A stretch of DNA of 64,000 bases, from the NCBI GenBank assembly GCA_965207995.1, contig CBDBNG010000001.1, forward strand, positions 4,681 to 68,680, given 5' to 3'. Positions within the stretch are counted from its first letter, which is position 1; each line of letters opens with the position of its first letter. Below are positions 19,224 through 28,690 of this stretch, in pieces. The position numbers and the translations under genes were made by a program. Under the pieces are notes generated by a model. It ran no database searches. It was not told where the DNA came from and saw only the letters and a list, made by a program, of their open reading frames with translations. The DNA comes from Dehalococcoidia bacterium. GTDB taxonomy: Bacteria > Chloroflexota > Dehalococcoidia > SHYB01.

Positions 19224-19675
19224 GCGTCCGCTTCCGTCTCGACCAGATCGTCCAAGATGACGAAGGGCAAGCCCTCGACGCGGCGAAAGTCGGTGTCGTT
19301 TGTAATGAAGGCAGCGCAGCCAGCACTCAGAGCCGTCGCGGCGTGAAGTGCGTCGGGTGTCGCTAAGCCCGTCTCGGCGCGGATGCGAGCGGCATCTTCC
19401 CAAGTTGCCAGGGTAGCGGGGATGAGGTCCATCTCCGCAGCGGCAAGGATGGACCGAAAAAGCGCCTCAAGACGGGAGTTGCCGTCTCGCAGGGGTCTGA
19501 CCAAGGTTTCCAATGCAACCAACTCGCTGCTTACCAGAATGAACCGGCCTGCCTTGGCCTCTTCCCACATCGGAGCCAACAGACCGTGGTAAGGCTCAAT
19601 CCGTTCTACGCTGTAGATGATCGCATTGGCGTCGACGTAGACCAGCCCGCCGGCGGGCAGCCTCAACGGCCCCAT
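19220..19675 (-). CDS. vapC: PIN-domain toxin (VapC)
   Basis: LVYVDANAIIY...ITNDTDF has the PIN acidic residues. The gene is 151 aa and directly follows the antitoxin gene. Confidence 0.85.
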   Translation of the reverse strand: MGPLRLPAGGLVYVDANAIIYSVERIEPYHGLLAPMWEEAKAGRFILVSSELVALETLVRPLRDGNSRLEALFRSILAAAEMDLIPATLATWEDAARIRAETGLATPDALHAATALSAGCAAFITNDTDFRRVEGLPFVILDDLVETEADA

Positions 19676-19914
19676 GATTCCTTCTCTTCCTTCAAGTAGG
19701 CCGCCACTTCCGCCGCCGTCTTGAAAGCCAATCCCCCCGGCGCTTCGGCCAGAATGTCAACCGCAGACCGCCGTTCTGACACCGATGACTGGCTGACGAC
19801 CACATCGACGGACTCCCCCACAGGAAGCCCCTGGTCTACGATCTCTATCTTTCCCCCAGGCTGTACAGTCGTCCGTACATGCAGCGCTTTTTGCATCTGC
19901 TTGCCCTCCTTCAT
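19663..19914 (-). CDS. Antitoxin (VapB-like, probably AbrB/MazE-type swapped-hairpin)
   Basis: It is an 83-aa ORF immediately upstream of vapC with a 13-nt overlap. Confidence 0.6.
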   Translation of the reverse strand: MKEGKQMQKALHVRTTVQPGGKIEIVDQGLPVGESVDVVVSQSSVSERRSAVDILAEAPGGLAFKTAAEVAAYLKEEKESWGR

Positions 19915-19959
19915 TCACAAACTAGTCGTCGTACAACGGCCCCATAGTTCCTTCTCTTC

Positions 19960-20706
19960 CTACATATGGGCCGTAACGTCGGCCGCCATCTTGAAAGTCA
20001 GGCCTCCCGGCACTTCTTTCAGGATGTCAACCACGGACCGCCGTTCTGACACCAGCGATTGGCTGACGACCACATCGACGGACTCCTCCACGGGAAACTC
20101 ATGAGCCAATGCAAGAGTCAGTTGTCGGATGTCGGCCTGGGCGGACGGCTTGTTCCGTTGGAGACGCGGCTTACTGAGCGGCTTCAAGTTATCCTTCATC
20201 TCAACGAGCGTTTCTGCGAAGGTCAACAAGCCTCCAACGTCTTCCGCATAGACGACTAGCGCACCTTCGGCCCCATTGACCAACCCGCAGTTTGCAAGTT
20301 CAGCCGCCTTCAGTAGATTGCGCACACGGCCTTTGCGGCAATAGAAGGCAACCAGTGGATAAGGTTCATGGTGTCCGGGACCACCGGAGCAGCTCGATAT
20401 GGGAGCACAATTCGCCGCTGAAAGGGCGAACACCGCTGCGCCGACGCCAAGGTCGAGATAGGTCTCTTCACCGTTGAGATTCACTACTTCAATGCCAGGA
20501 TTCACTCCGGCTCCTGGCTGTGCAAGACCCTTATGCTCTTCCTCAAGCATCGTGCGGACGTCTTCCCACGTCGCCCCGCGTACGTCTATGTAGCCTCGTG
20601 AGAATATATCTTCGTCGGCGAGGTCACTCTCGGATGGCCATACCATCAGGGACGCATCGATTGTCCGCTGAATCACAGCCCGTTCTCTTGCGGCGGCCCT
20701 ATTCAT
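19960..20706 (-). CDS. Hypothetical 248-aa protein whose C-terminal ~45 aa duplicate the downstream antitoxin C-terminus
   Basis: Its C-terminus EESVDVVVSQSLVSERRSVVDILKEVPGGLTFK matches the antitoxin GESVDVVVSQSSVSERRSAVDILAEAPGGLAFK. The nucleotide repeat is 19935-20095 versus 19665-19825. Confidence 0.4.
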   Translation of the reverse strand: MNRAAARERAVIQRTIDASLMVWPSESDLADEDIFSRGYIDVRGATWEDVRTMLEEEHKGLAQPGAGVNPGIEVVNLNGEETYLDLGVGAAVFALSAANCAPISSCSGGPGHHEPYPLVAFYCRKGRVRNLLKAAELANCGLVNGAEGALVVYAEDVGGLLTFAETLVEMKDNLKPLSKPRLQRNKPSAQADIRQLTLALAHEFPVEESVDVVVSQSLVSERRSVVDILKEVPGGLTFKMAADVTAHM

Positions 20707-21454
20707 CCCAACCTACCTCGCAGGCAAGGTATTCGTGCAGTACCATCCTCACCAGGATTCCTTCTGGAACTTGAGCTACGGCGTAGCGATAAACGCCGTC
20801 TTGAACATCCTGCCAGCCATCAAAGTAGGCTTCTTGAGCAACTCCAGGGCTGTGGATGACGAATGCCCTTTGCATCGCTCTGCTGCCCACTTCCGGCCAA
20901 CCTGTGCCATGCGGGACGTTCTCGAATTGCTCAAGTTGTTGAGCTGTCAACGTCTGAATCGGACAAACTGACACGTGAGACGGTTGCTGAAGCATCGGTT
21001 CACCGAGTTCGTAGAGGACGTGCCCGCGGGCGTTCTTCACGATGACCCGCTCGACGCGGTCGAGTTCAGGCTCCCACAAGACTTCGACGTCACCCCACAG
21101 GTTCCCATGAACTGTTCGGGACCGGTCAATCCGGCTGCCCAATCGGGGGCTGTGGGTCAATATGCCGGAGGCAACAGGAAATCTAATCGGGTCTGGTCTG
21201 GTGGAGCCGCTGAGCACCGAGCCGAGAAAGGCAATGAGGTAATCCTCGTCCGACGAGAATCCAGAGTTGCACTGTCGGCACACTTCCACTACGGGCAAGT
21301 TCTCGGGGTACGGAGGGTTCAAGAGTCCCCGAGTCGGAACGTGGTCCCGATTGGATTCATCGGGTCCCAGCCCGTTCCCGCAATGGACGCAGAAGCCCTT
21401 GTTCCTACTGTCACTGTAGTCAGTCAGTTGGTCCATATTGCAAAGCCTCGCCAC
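20699..21454 (-). CDS. HNH-family endonuclease-like protein
   Basis: FCVHCGNGLGPDESNRDHVPTRGL...CRQCNS has HNH/zinc-finger-like Cys pairs and a DH dipeptide. It has a 4-nt overlap with the upstream MTase gene. Confidence 0.55.
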   Translation of the reverse strand: MARLCNMDQLTDYSDSRNKGFCVHCGNGLGPDESNRDHVPTRGLLNPPYPENLPVVEVCRQCNSGFSSDEDYLIAFLGSVLSGSTRPDPIRFPVASGILTHSPRLGSRIDRSRTVHGNLWGDVEVLWEPELDRVERVIVKNARGHVLYELGEPMLQQPSHVSVCPIQTLTAQQLEQFENVPHGTGWPEVGSRAMQRAFVIHSPGVAQEAYFDGWQDVQDGVYRYAVAQVPEGILVRMVLHEYLACEVGWDE

Positions 21455-24400
21455 TAGTCACTCCGCCCCATGCGGTACTTGATGTCGTAGTTGATGATGA
21501 AGTCCAACTCCTCCTCAGTGAGGCCGTAGTGCTTCGCCAGAACGCGGTCGATATCGTCTATAGTCTCCTTGCTCAACCGTGGGTACGTGGACTGAATTGT
21601 CAGACTTCCCCTGGTGCGGTAATTGATCGTTGACATCTCCGAATGGTTCTGTATGTCCTCCATGAGTTCCTTGGCGAGGTCTGCCAATCGTCGAACCCCA
21701 TCACCGTCATCGAGACTCAACCGCGTCATCTCGATTTCCCGCTTGTTCAGATTTCTGCAATCAGAAAACAAGGTGATCAGCCAATAGAAGAGAGTCGAAT
21801 TAAGAAACGCCAGCACAGCGCCCCTGCTGACCTGACTGTCAAATCTGAGCTCCTTTAGTTCAGAGGGCTTCCTCAGCTTGCCGGCCGCGTCATAGATTGC
21901 TGGAACGAAGTCTAGAATCTGCACGAAGCTGCTCAACTTCCTCGTATAGAAGATTGATTCTTGCCCGGATCTGCTCGCAGGTGCTAGAGGCCTACGATTG
22001 AACTTCCGAAGTATCGACATCTCGATAGGATCCCCAAACTTAGGCAGAAGACCATTGGAATCAGTTCCAGTGGACTCGATGAAAGTCAGCCTTTGGAACA
22101 GTGTGCCTCTTTCCGTGGCTTGCCACTTGTTGTAGGCGGTTGAGAACACCCTTCTTGCACTGGAGCCGACGTTTAGGAGATAAATGGAAAGTCGGCAGTG
22201 CTCGATCCCGTCAAAGAGTCTGCTGGGTCTGTCATTGAAGTGACTTACAACCATACCGCCAGCACTCGCGAGACAGCTTCTCAGGGGAGCGAACCCATCG
22301 GTGCATGCGCCAGACACCGGGACAATCATGCCAAATCGGCCATTGCTCAGGATTGTGAGTGACCGTTCCATCATCATTGCGTACAAGTTGCCGCACTCTT
22401 CGGTCACCATGCCACGAACCGAATACAAACCCTTGACCTTGGTGTACTCGACGTATGGCGGGTTACCAATCACCACATCAAAGCCGCCCTTGCCCATGAT
22501 CCCGTAGAATTCGACGAACCAGTGGAAGGGCTGATGTCTGGCGCACCAAGCGCCGTAGGCAGCGGGCTTGCTAGGGTCGATGCCGTACTCTCGAGCTAGG
22601 TGGCGATCCAGTTCGTCGTCGAGGCTGCGGAGGCGGTTGCGGAGGGCCTGCTTGTCGGCGGAAGTTACCTCTCCACCCAGCATGGTCTGCTGCCAACGGA
22701 ACTGGTTGAAGGCGGCGCTCGCGGTCTCGGCTTCCTCATTGATTCGGTCGAGGGCTGCCTGGTCTTCGGGGAACACCTGCCGGTGCTGGCCGTTGGGCAT
22801 GACCGTCATGGCCTGCCGCACAGCGTCCAGTGACGTGAAGCCGACCAGCGTGTTGCCGGCGCGGACGTTGAAGTCGATGTCCGGCAGCGGCTCGATTTGG
22901 TCGTAACTCTCCAACTGAGCGACCAACTTCAGGAAGAGACGCAGCTTGCATATCTCTACAGCCTCTTCCATGATGTCGACGCCGTAGAGGTTGTTCAGGA
23001 CGATGGACTTGAGGATGAAGTATCGCTCGCTTGGGTGCTTTTCTACCTGCTCCAGGATGCGGCGAAAGTCCCCTAGGTGCTCAGGACTGCGCTTGCGCTC
23101 AGATCTTTCGGCGTCGTCCAAGAATCCCCGCATTCCCTCCAGGCAGGCGGTGTAGAGGGGTTCAAGGACGTTCAGCGCGGCGAAGAGGAACGCGCCGGAG
23201 CCGCAGGCGGGGTCCAGGACAGAGATTCCGGTGTCACTGCGTTCGCGGTTGCCATAGAGAGCGTGCCAGAATGCCCGCAGCAATTCGGGTCCCTCGCTCT
23301 GCGCGATTACATCTCCGGCGAACCTCTCGACGTCAAGGTTGAGTGTGATGAGGTCGTCTACATCCTGCACTTCCCCCGATGCGAGCTTGGCGCGAACCTC
23401 TTCAAATCGAGTGCGGCGGGTTACAACCTCCCGCCATGTCTCGGTGGCGAGCGCGTAGTCGTCTGGCGCAGGGAGGTTCCATCCTCCGCGTTTGGGTACG
23501 TCGTCTATGCCCGCGGCGATATGGTCTGGCAGGTCAAGTGGCGCTTCAAGGCGCTTGGGGTCTTCCGGCTGTCCCGCGTTCCATGCCATGCCGTGGCCGA
23601 CGGCAGGATAGATGTATCGGTCCGGGTTGTCCCGAAGCAAGCGCCATACACCGCCATCCGGCCCAAAGGCCACGGGACACTCCTTCTTGGCGGCATCGAA
23701 CAAGGAGGGGATTACCGTGTTTCGTGAGATGTAGCCGGTAATGTCCTCCCTGGTGTAGTAGGCTCCCATCTGCTTCTGGTTGACGTACTTCTCGAAGATG
23801 TATCCAAGCACGTCGGGGTTGATCTCGTTGTCCTCCCGGTATGGCCGCTCGTCCAGGTGCCAGCGGTAGCCGTCGAAAAAGTCGAAGACCCGCTCGAACG
23901 CCTTGTCGGGGATGGAGATGTCCGGGTTGTCTCGCTCCAGATCGTGTACGTCGAAGAGGCCGCCATTGAGGAAGGGCACCCTGCCAAGAAGGGCGGCCAG
24001 GTCAGGAGCGCGTTGGGCTTCGGGCTGGCCGAGACCCTCATGGAACAGCCGCAGGAGGAAGAGGCGGTAGAACTGCTGGAAGCGTCCACTGCCGCTCTGC
24101 TCCTGGACCATCTTCAGGCGGTTGCGCAGGTAGTCGTGGTCCTCGTCTAGGAAGCCCTGCTTCTGGACGAAGTAGACGAACATCATGCGGTTGAGCATGA
24201 GGGAGGCATACCAGTCACGGTCGCCCTGGGCCGTGATCCCATCGATGAAGTTCCCGAATGTCTTCAACTCTTTCTGGAACCGTTCGTAGAAGCGCTTGGT
24301 AATCTTCTCGACATCTAATGCCGCCCGGACCCGAGAGGCGATAAGGGCAATGTTCAGCGACGGCTCTTCATCCAAGGAGACGAACAAAGGCTGAAGGCGT

Positions 24401-24792
24401 TGGAGTAGGTGGTCTCCGCTTGCGCCCGTAGTAACGGCGTACTCGCGGCAGGCGGCAGGCTTACCGCTTTCTCGCCTGACCCACTGCCAGACCTGCGCCT
24501 TACGGCCCGGGTCGGTGAAGATGATGAGGTGCTCGAATGTGCGCTTGGCAACCTCGCTCTCAATCTTGCGTCGGACCGGGTACTGGGGGACGTTGTTGTC
24601 GACGCTGGAATCGCACTCGTAGACTGCGAACCCCGCTTTCTCCGCAATTGGGTTGATCGTGTAGTCCCGGTCGTTGACTCGGACGACGAACGGCTCCGTG
24701 GGGTAGTGGTCCCATCCCAGCCCTTCGACGAAGAGACGCGGGAAGTCGAAAGCCCGTAGATGGGGGCGTAGCTCTTCAATCGAGACTGGCAT
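21454..24792 (-). CDS. Eco57I/PglX-family N6-adenine DNA methyltransferase (1112 aa; BREX PglX-like / DISARM DrmMI-like)
   Basis: Motif I is VLDPACGSGAFLFAAL, motif IV is VIGNPPYV, and a GAYYTRED motif lies upstream. Its size is typical of PglX-like enzymes. Confidence 0.8.
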   Translation of the reverse strand: MPVSIEELRPHLRAFDFPRLFVEGLGWDHYPTEPFVVRVNDRDYTINPIAEKAGFAVYECDSSVDNNVPQYPVRRKIESEVAKRTFEHLIIFTDPGRKAQVWQWVRRESGKPAACREYAVTTGASGDHLLQRLQPLFVSLDEEPSLNIALIASRVRAALDVEKITKRFYERFQKELKTFGNFIDGITAQGDRDWYASLMLNRMMFVYFVQKQGFLDEDHDYLRNRLKMVQEQSGSGRFQQFYRLFLLRLFHEGLGQPEAQRAPDLAALLGRVPFLNGGLFDVHDLERDNPDISIPDKAFERVFDFFDGYRWHLDERPYREDNEINPDVLGYIFEKYVNQKQMGAYYTREDITGYISRNTVIPSLFDAAKKECPVAFGPDGGVWRLLRDNPDRYIYPAVGHGMAWNAGQPEDPKRLEAPLDLPDHIAAGIDDVPKRGGWNLPAPDDYALATETWREVVTRRTRFEEVRAKLASGEVQDVDDLITLNLDVERFAGDVIAQSEGPELLRAFWHALYGNRERSDTGISVLDPACGSGAFLFAALNVLEPLYTACLEGMRGFLDDAERSERKRSPEHLGDFRRILEQVEKHPSERYFILKSIVLNNLYGVDIMEEAVEICKLRLFLKLVAQLESYDQIEPLPDIDFNVRAGNTLVGFTSLDAVRQAMTVMPNGQHRQVFPEDQAALDRINEEAETASAAFNQFRWQQTMLGGEVTSADKQALRNRLRSLDDELDRHLAREYGIDPSKPAAYGAWCARHQPFHWFVEFYGIMGKGGFDVVIGNPPYVEYTKVKGLYSVRGMVTEECGNLYAMMMERSLTILSNGRFGMIVPVSGACTDGFAPLRSCLASAGGMVVSHFNDRPSRLFDGIEHCRLSIYLLNVGSSARRVFSTAYNKWQATERGTLFQRLTFIESTGTDSNGLLPKFGDPIEMSILRKFNRRPLAPASRSGQESIFYTRKLSSFVQILDFVPAIYDAAGKLRKPSELKELRFDSQVSRGAVLAFLNSTLFYWLITLFSDCRNLNKREIEMTRLSLDDGDGVRRLADLAKELMEDIQNHSEMSTINYRTRGSLTIQSTYPRLSKETIDDIDRVLAKHYGLTEEELDFIINYDIKYRMGRSD

Positions 24793-27700
24793 CAGGAGTC
24801 GCCCTCCGTATCGAATAGGCCCAGGGAGCAGATGATCTGAGGCTCCTGGGCATCGACGGCAGCGTCCCCCGTCAGGCAGAGTCTGTCCTCCTCACGCAGC
24901 GAAATGACGATTTCGGCCAACTGGTCGTCGGAGACGCCGCTTCGGAGCTGCCGGTTCAGGGTGTCCACTGCCGACGGGCGCAGAGGATAGCGGTAGATGT
25001 CGTCGATGGCCTTGTGAAGTGCTTCCACGTCGAACAACTGACCCTTGATGGCGTCGGCGTGGGCTTTCAGGCGAGTGTAGGTGCGGAAGCGAGCGCCGGA
25101 GGGCCGTCCAAGCTGGCCTCCGACTCGCTTCTCCTCCATGACGACGTGCCTGACGCCCTCGGCAACAAGCTCGTGGTGGCTCTCGTGGTGAGGCTGAGCC
25201 GGGGTGTCAGGCTTGCACTCGGCGGCGGAGAGAATTTCAAGCTGCGACTCGGTGATGCTCTGTCCATCGCGGTCCACGTATGCCAGGGCATTGTTGCCAT
25301 CGGCGGTGCGCATGAACACCAGCACGCCTTCGGGCCGTTGAGCAATGGGCGCGTGCTCACGCGAGGAGAAGACGACGTCCGGCAAGTCAGCCACGGCCTT
25401 CTCCAGTCGCGGGTCTGACCCGATGGCGTTCTTCCATATCTGGTAGGCGTGGGACGCCAGGTCTACGTCGCCCTCCGGGTCACCGTCCAGGATGCCGGCT
25501 CGCTCGTGGTACAGGTTGAGGATTGCCTGATCGTCGTCTTCATCCTCGAAAAACGCCTCGTCTGCGCCGACCACCTCGGCGTTCTCCCTGAGCCGCTCCC
25601 GGACCCGGCCGCGCAGGTCGATGATGCGCTCGACACCCTCGGCCGGTAGGAAGGAGTGGCAGAGAATCTCCTCCGCCTTCTGTCCGATGCGGTCGACGCG
25701 GCCAGCACGCTGGATGAGACGGATGATTGCCCAGGGCAGGTCGTAATTCACAACTACGTGGGAGTCCTGGAGGTTCTGGCCCTCGCTCAGCACGTCGGTG
25801 GCGACTAGGACGCGAAGCTCCCTCTCAGGTTTGCTCTGGCCCGGCCGCTGGTTACTCTCCGGGCTGAATCGCCATGCCGAGTCCGTGGGGTCGGCGGAAC
25901 TGCCGGTGACTCCTGCCATGTCCGCAACTCCTCTCTTCTTGAGCTGCGCTTCCAGGTAGTAAACGGTGTCGGCGAATTGAGAGAACACCAGCACCTTCCG
26001 GTCTGGGAATGTCTTCGTCAGCAGTGAATTGAGCGCGTCGAGCTTTGCGTCCTTGGCGGGGTCCCACTCTCCGTAGGTCTGGAGTATGTCCAGGAGCGCG
26101 TTGGAGTCCGAAAGAAGCTCGCTTTCAAGGGAACCTTTGAATAGATCGGCGCGGAGCCACTTGAATCGGCGACTGTAGCGGCCCTCGTACTCAACGTAAA
26201 TCTGGGCAGCCCTCGCCTCGAAGTCGGAGGTAGTCCAAGCGCTGCCGGTCTTCTCGACCGCTTCCTCCTGATCGTCGTCATCAGGGTCGAAGAGAGCGCC
26301 CTTCGCCTGGTCCGCGTCCTCGTCGGTGAATCGCGAGTCCAGCATCTCGGCATCCTGCGTGCCAAGCGGCAAAGGGAGGCCGTTCCTGATGGCGTGGAGG
26401 AAGACGTAGTTGCGGAGCACGTGACGCTCGACCGATTGCAGGAAGGCCGCGCCACTGCTCTCCAGGCGTTTGAACAGGTTGGTGCGGCAGAATCCGATGA
26501 GCCGCTTGCCAGCCCGCGAAAGGTCGTCGATCTGACCCTCCTCTTTCTTGCTGTGTGGTGTCTCCGGGTTATCGAGCACGTAGTTACCCAGGCCGTACCT
26601 GGGCAGGTGCAGGTGTTTCACTATGTCGACCACCTTCGGCGAGTACAGCTTGGCGTATTGGTCATCGGGGTTGGAGTCGTCGATGGCGAACTTGACTGTC
26701 TTAGGTACGCGCGTAGGGAAGAAAGAGCGGGTCCCGTCCTCGTAGGTGAGGAACTTACGGCGAGTCTCCTGGTCCGTCTCGGCATAGTTGTCCTGGATGA
26801 AGCTACGGGTGCGGCGCACCAGGTAGAGGCGCATCAGGTCTCGCCAGTCGTCGGCGTACTCGCTGAAGTCGAAGGCTGCCAACGTGCGGAGTCCAGCCTG
26901 GTGGCGCCGGACGAACTCCACCTCGCCCAACTCACGCAGGAGTCGTTCGGGGCGGATGCCCAGGTCCTGGTCTTCCTCCACGAAGATGCGGAGTTGGCTG
27001 GACAAATCCAAGTACGTCTTGTTGTAGGGCGTGGCCGATAGAAGGATGCACTTGCTCTCGTTGGCTCGAACGTACTCTTGGATGGCTCTGTAGCGGCGGC
27101 CCTCGCGGTTACGGAGGTTGTGGCTCTCGTCGATGACGACAAGGCGGTAACGGCGCAAGGTGGGCAATTCGCCGAGCACCCGGCTCAGGGATAGCACTCT
27201 GGCCCGAAGCTGGTACTGGTACGCGTAGTCTTCCCACATCGGGACGAGGTTCTTCGGGCAGATGATGAGGGTCTCCAACCCGTAGTCGTCCTCGAAGATG
27301 CGAGCGACGGCGGTGGCCATAAGCGTCTTGCCAAGTCCCACCACGTCCCCGATGAGAACCCCGTTGCGCTTGTTCAGGTGATGGGCCGCAATCTTGACCG
27401 CTGCGGCCTGGAAGTCGAAGAGCCGGTCGCCGAAAACCTTGGGAATCCTGAACTCAGCGAGGCCGGCGCGAGCTTCGTGGGAGAGGTGATAGGCCATTTT
27501 CAGGTAGACGTGGTAGGGAGGTATCAGGGTCTCCCGCGCCCAGCTCTTTTCGATGATCTGGAGCAGCTCGTCCGTGATGTCCACGCAGAAGCGGTCGTTC
27601 CACCTGTCCTCGAACCACTGCTTGAGCTTCACCGTTGCGTCCTGGTCAAGCACGTCCACGTTCAACTCGCCCTGTGCCGACAGACCGGCGAAGGTCAGGT

Positions 27701-28187
27701 TGCTGCTTCCCAGGTAGCCCACGATGGGGTTGATGGGATCGTTGCGAAACATGAGGTAGAGCTTCGCGTGTAGCGGGTGACCGAGAAAGAGCTTGACTAC
27801 GACCTTCTTGGCGCGAAGCTGCGCGGCCAGTTGTCGCAAGGTCCTTTCGTCGGCATTGGTAGGAGCGCCGATGGTGAGCTGCTGGCGAAGCTGTTCGGCC
27901 AACTGGACTCTCAGACGGTGCGCCGTCTGGTTGTCCATGCCCGAGGGCCTATCGATTAAACTCAGGGCATCCCGTAGGTCTTCGTGCGGAAGTCTCTGCA
28001 TCCCGATGAGTACGCGACACGGCCCGTCACCGTCACTCCAGCCATCTACCTGCGGCGCAAGCCCGCCCCAACCGCGCAGGTTGAAATAGCCTACGCAGAA
28101 GTCTGCTCTGGAAGAGAGCTTCAGAGTCTCCTGTAACGCAGGCAGGAGACTGTAACCGGGCGAGAGGTTGTCGAAGATACGCGGCAT
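24792..28187 (-). CDS. PLD-family nuclease domain fused to SNF2-family helicase (1131 aa), with a ~300-aa uncharacterised C-terminal extension
   Basis: The N-terminal HKD motif is HAKLYLMF...GSSNLTFAGL. The helicase carries GDVVGLGKT (Walker A), VIDESHNLRN (DExH), LLSATPYNKT and QRAGRVDRIGQ (motif VI). Confidence 0.8.
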   Translation of the reverse strand: MPRIFDNLSPGYSLLPALQETLKLSSRADFCVGYFNLRGWGGLAPQVDGWSDGDGPCRVLIGMQRLPHEDLRDALSLIDRPSGMDNQTAHRLRVQLAEQLRQQLTIGAPTNADERTLRQLAAQLRAKKVVVKLFLGHPLHAKLYLMFRNDPINPIVGYLGSSNLTFAGLSAQGELNVDVLDQDATVKLKQWFEDRWNDRFCVDITDELLQIIEKSWARETLIPPYHVYLKMAYHLSHEARAGLAEFRIPKVFGDRLFDFQAAAVKIAAHHLNKRNGVLIGDVVGLGKTLMATAVARIFEDDYGLETLIICPKNLVPMWEDYAYQYQLRARVLSLSRVLGELPTLRRYRLVVIDESHNLRNREGRRYRAIQEYVRANESKCILLSATPYNKTYLDLSSQLRIFVEEDQDLGIRPERLLRELGEVEFVRRHQAGLRTLAAFDFSEYADDWRDLMRLYLVRRTRSFIQDNYAETDQETRRKFLTYEDGTRSFFPTRVPKTVKFAIDDSNPDDQYAKLYSPKVVDIVKHLHLPRYGLGNYVLDNPETPHSKKEEGQIDDLSRAGKRLIGFCRTNLFKRLESSGAAFLQSVERHVLRNYVFLHAIRNGLPLPLGTQDAEMLDSRFTDEDADQAKGALFDPDDDDQEEAVEKTGSAWTTSDFEARAAQIYVEYEGRYSRRFKWLRADLFKGSLESELLSDSNALLDILQTYGEWDPAKDAKLDALNSLLTKTFPDRKVLVFSQFADTVYYLEAQLKKRGVADMAGVTGSSADPTDSAWRFSPESNQRPGQSKPERELRVLVATDVLSEGQNLQDSHVVVNYDLPWAIIRLIQRAGRVDRIGQKAEEILCHSFLPAEGVERIIDLRGRVRERLRENAEVVGADEAFFEDEDDDQAILNLYHERAGILDGDPEGDVDLASHAYQIWKNAIGSDPRLEKAVADLPDVVFSSREHAPIAQRPEGVLVFMRTADGNNALAYVDRDGQSITESQLEILSAAECKPDTPAQPHHESHHELVAEGVRHVVMEEKRVGGQLGRPSGARFRTYTRLKAHADAIKGQLFDVEALHKAIDDIYRYPLRPSAVDTLNRQLRSGVSDDQLAEIVISLREEDRLCLTGDAAVDAQEPQIICSLGLFDTEGDS

Positions 28188-28195
28188 TGAGGCCG

Positions 28196-28456
28196 TTACT
28201 CCTTCTTCTCTGATGTTCCCGCTTGGGTTTCCTCTCCGCCATTGGGAGTCAGCATTCCGGCGGGGCGAGTCTCTGGCTCATTGCCACCACCGGCTTCCAC
28301 CCATTCGTCCACCTCAGAGAGCCGGAATCGCAGGAGCCGTCCGACCTTGCGCGTTGGGAAGCCCTTGGTGTAAATCCAACGGTAGATGGACTCTTTGCCC
28401 ACGCTCAAATGGGCAGCCACCTCTCCGATGTTGACCCAGCCCTCTTCAGACGCCAT
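28196..28456 (-). CDS. Excisionase-family (HTH_17/AlpA-like) DNA-binding protein
   Basis: IGEVAAHLSVGKESIYRWIYTKGFPTRKVGRLLRFRLSEVDEWV. It heads the helicase-MTase-HNH operon. Confidence 0.75.
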   Translation of the reverse strand: MASEEGWVNIGEVAAHLSVGKESIYRWIYTKGFPTRKVGRLLRFRLSEVDEWVEAGGGNEPETRPAGMLTPNGGEETQAGTSEKKE

Positions 28457-28690
28457 GTTCCACCATCTCCTTTAGGAAGGAAAACCCACAAGCTACAATG
28501 AGAATATAAGACTATGCACTTCAATCAGTCAATGCTCTTGATCCCTCTTGATCCGGCATCAGCGCAGCGGATAAACAGCCTCCAAGAGCAGAACAAAGTA
28601 CGGTCATTGATGGAGGTGAAGAGGTGGGGACGACAGACATGCCGGTAGAGAGGGAGGCCATCCAATTCGGATAGCCTCCCTCTCTTGTAC

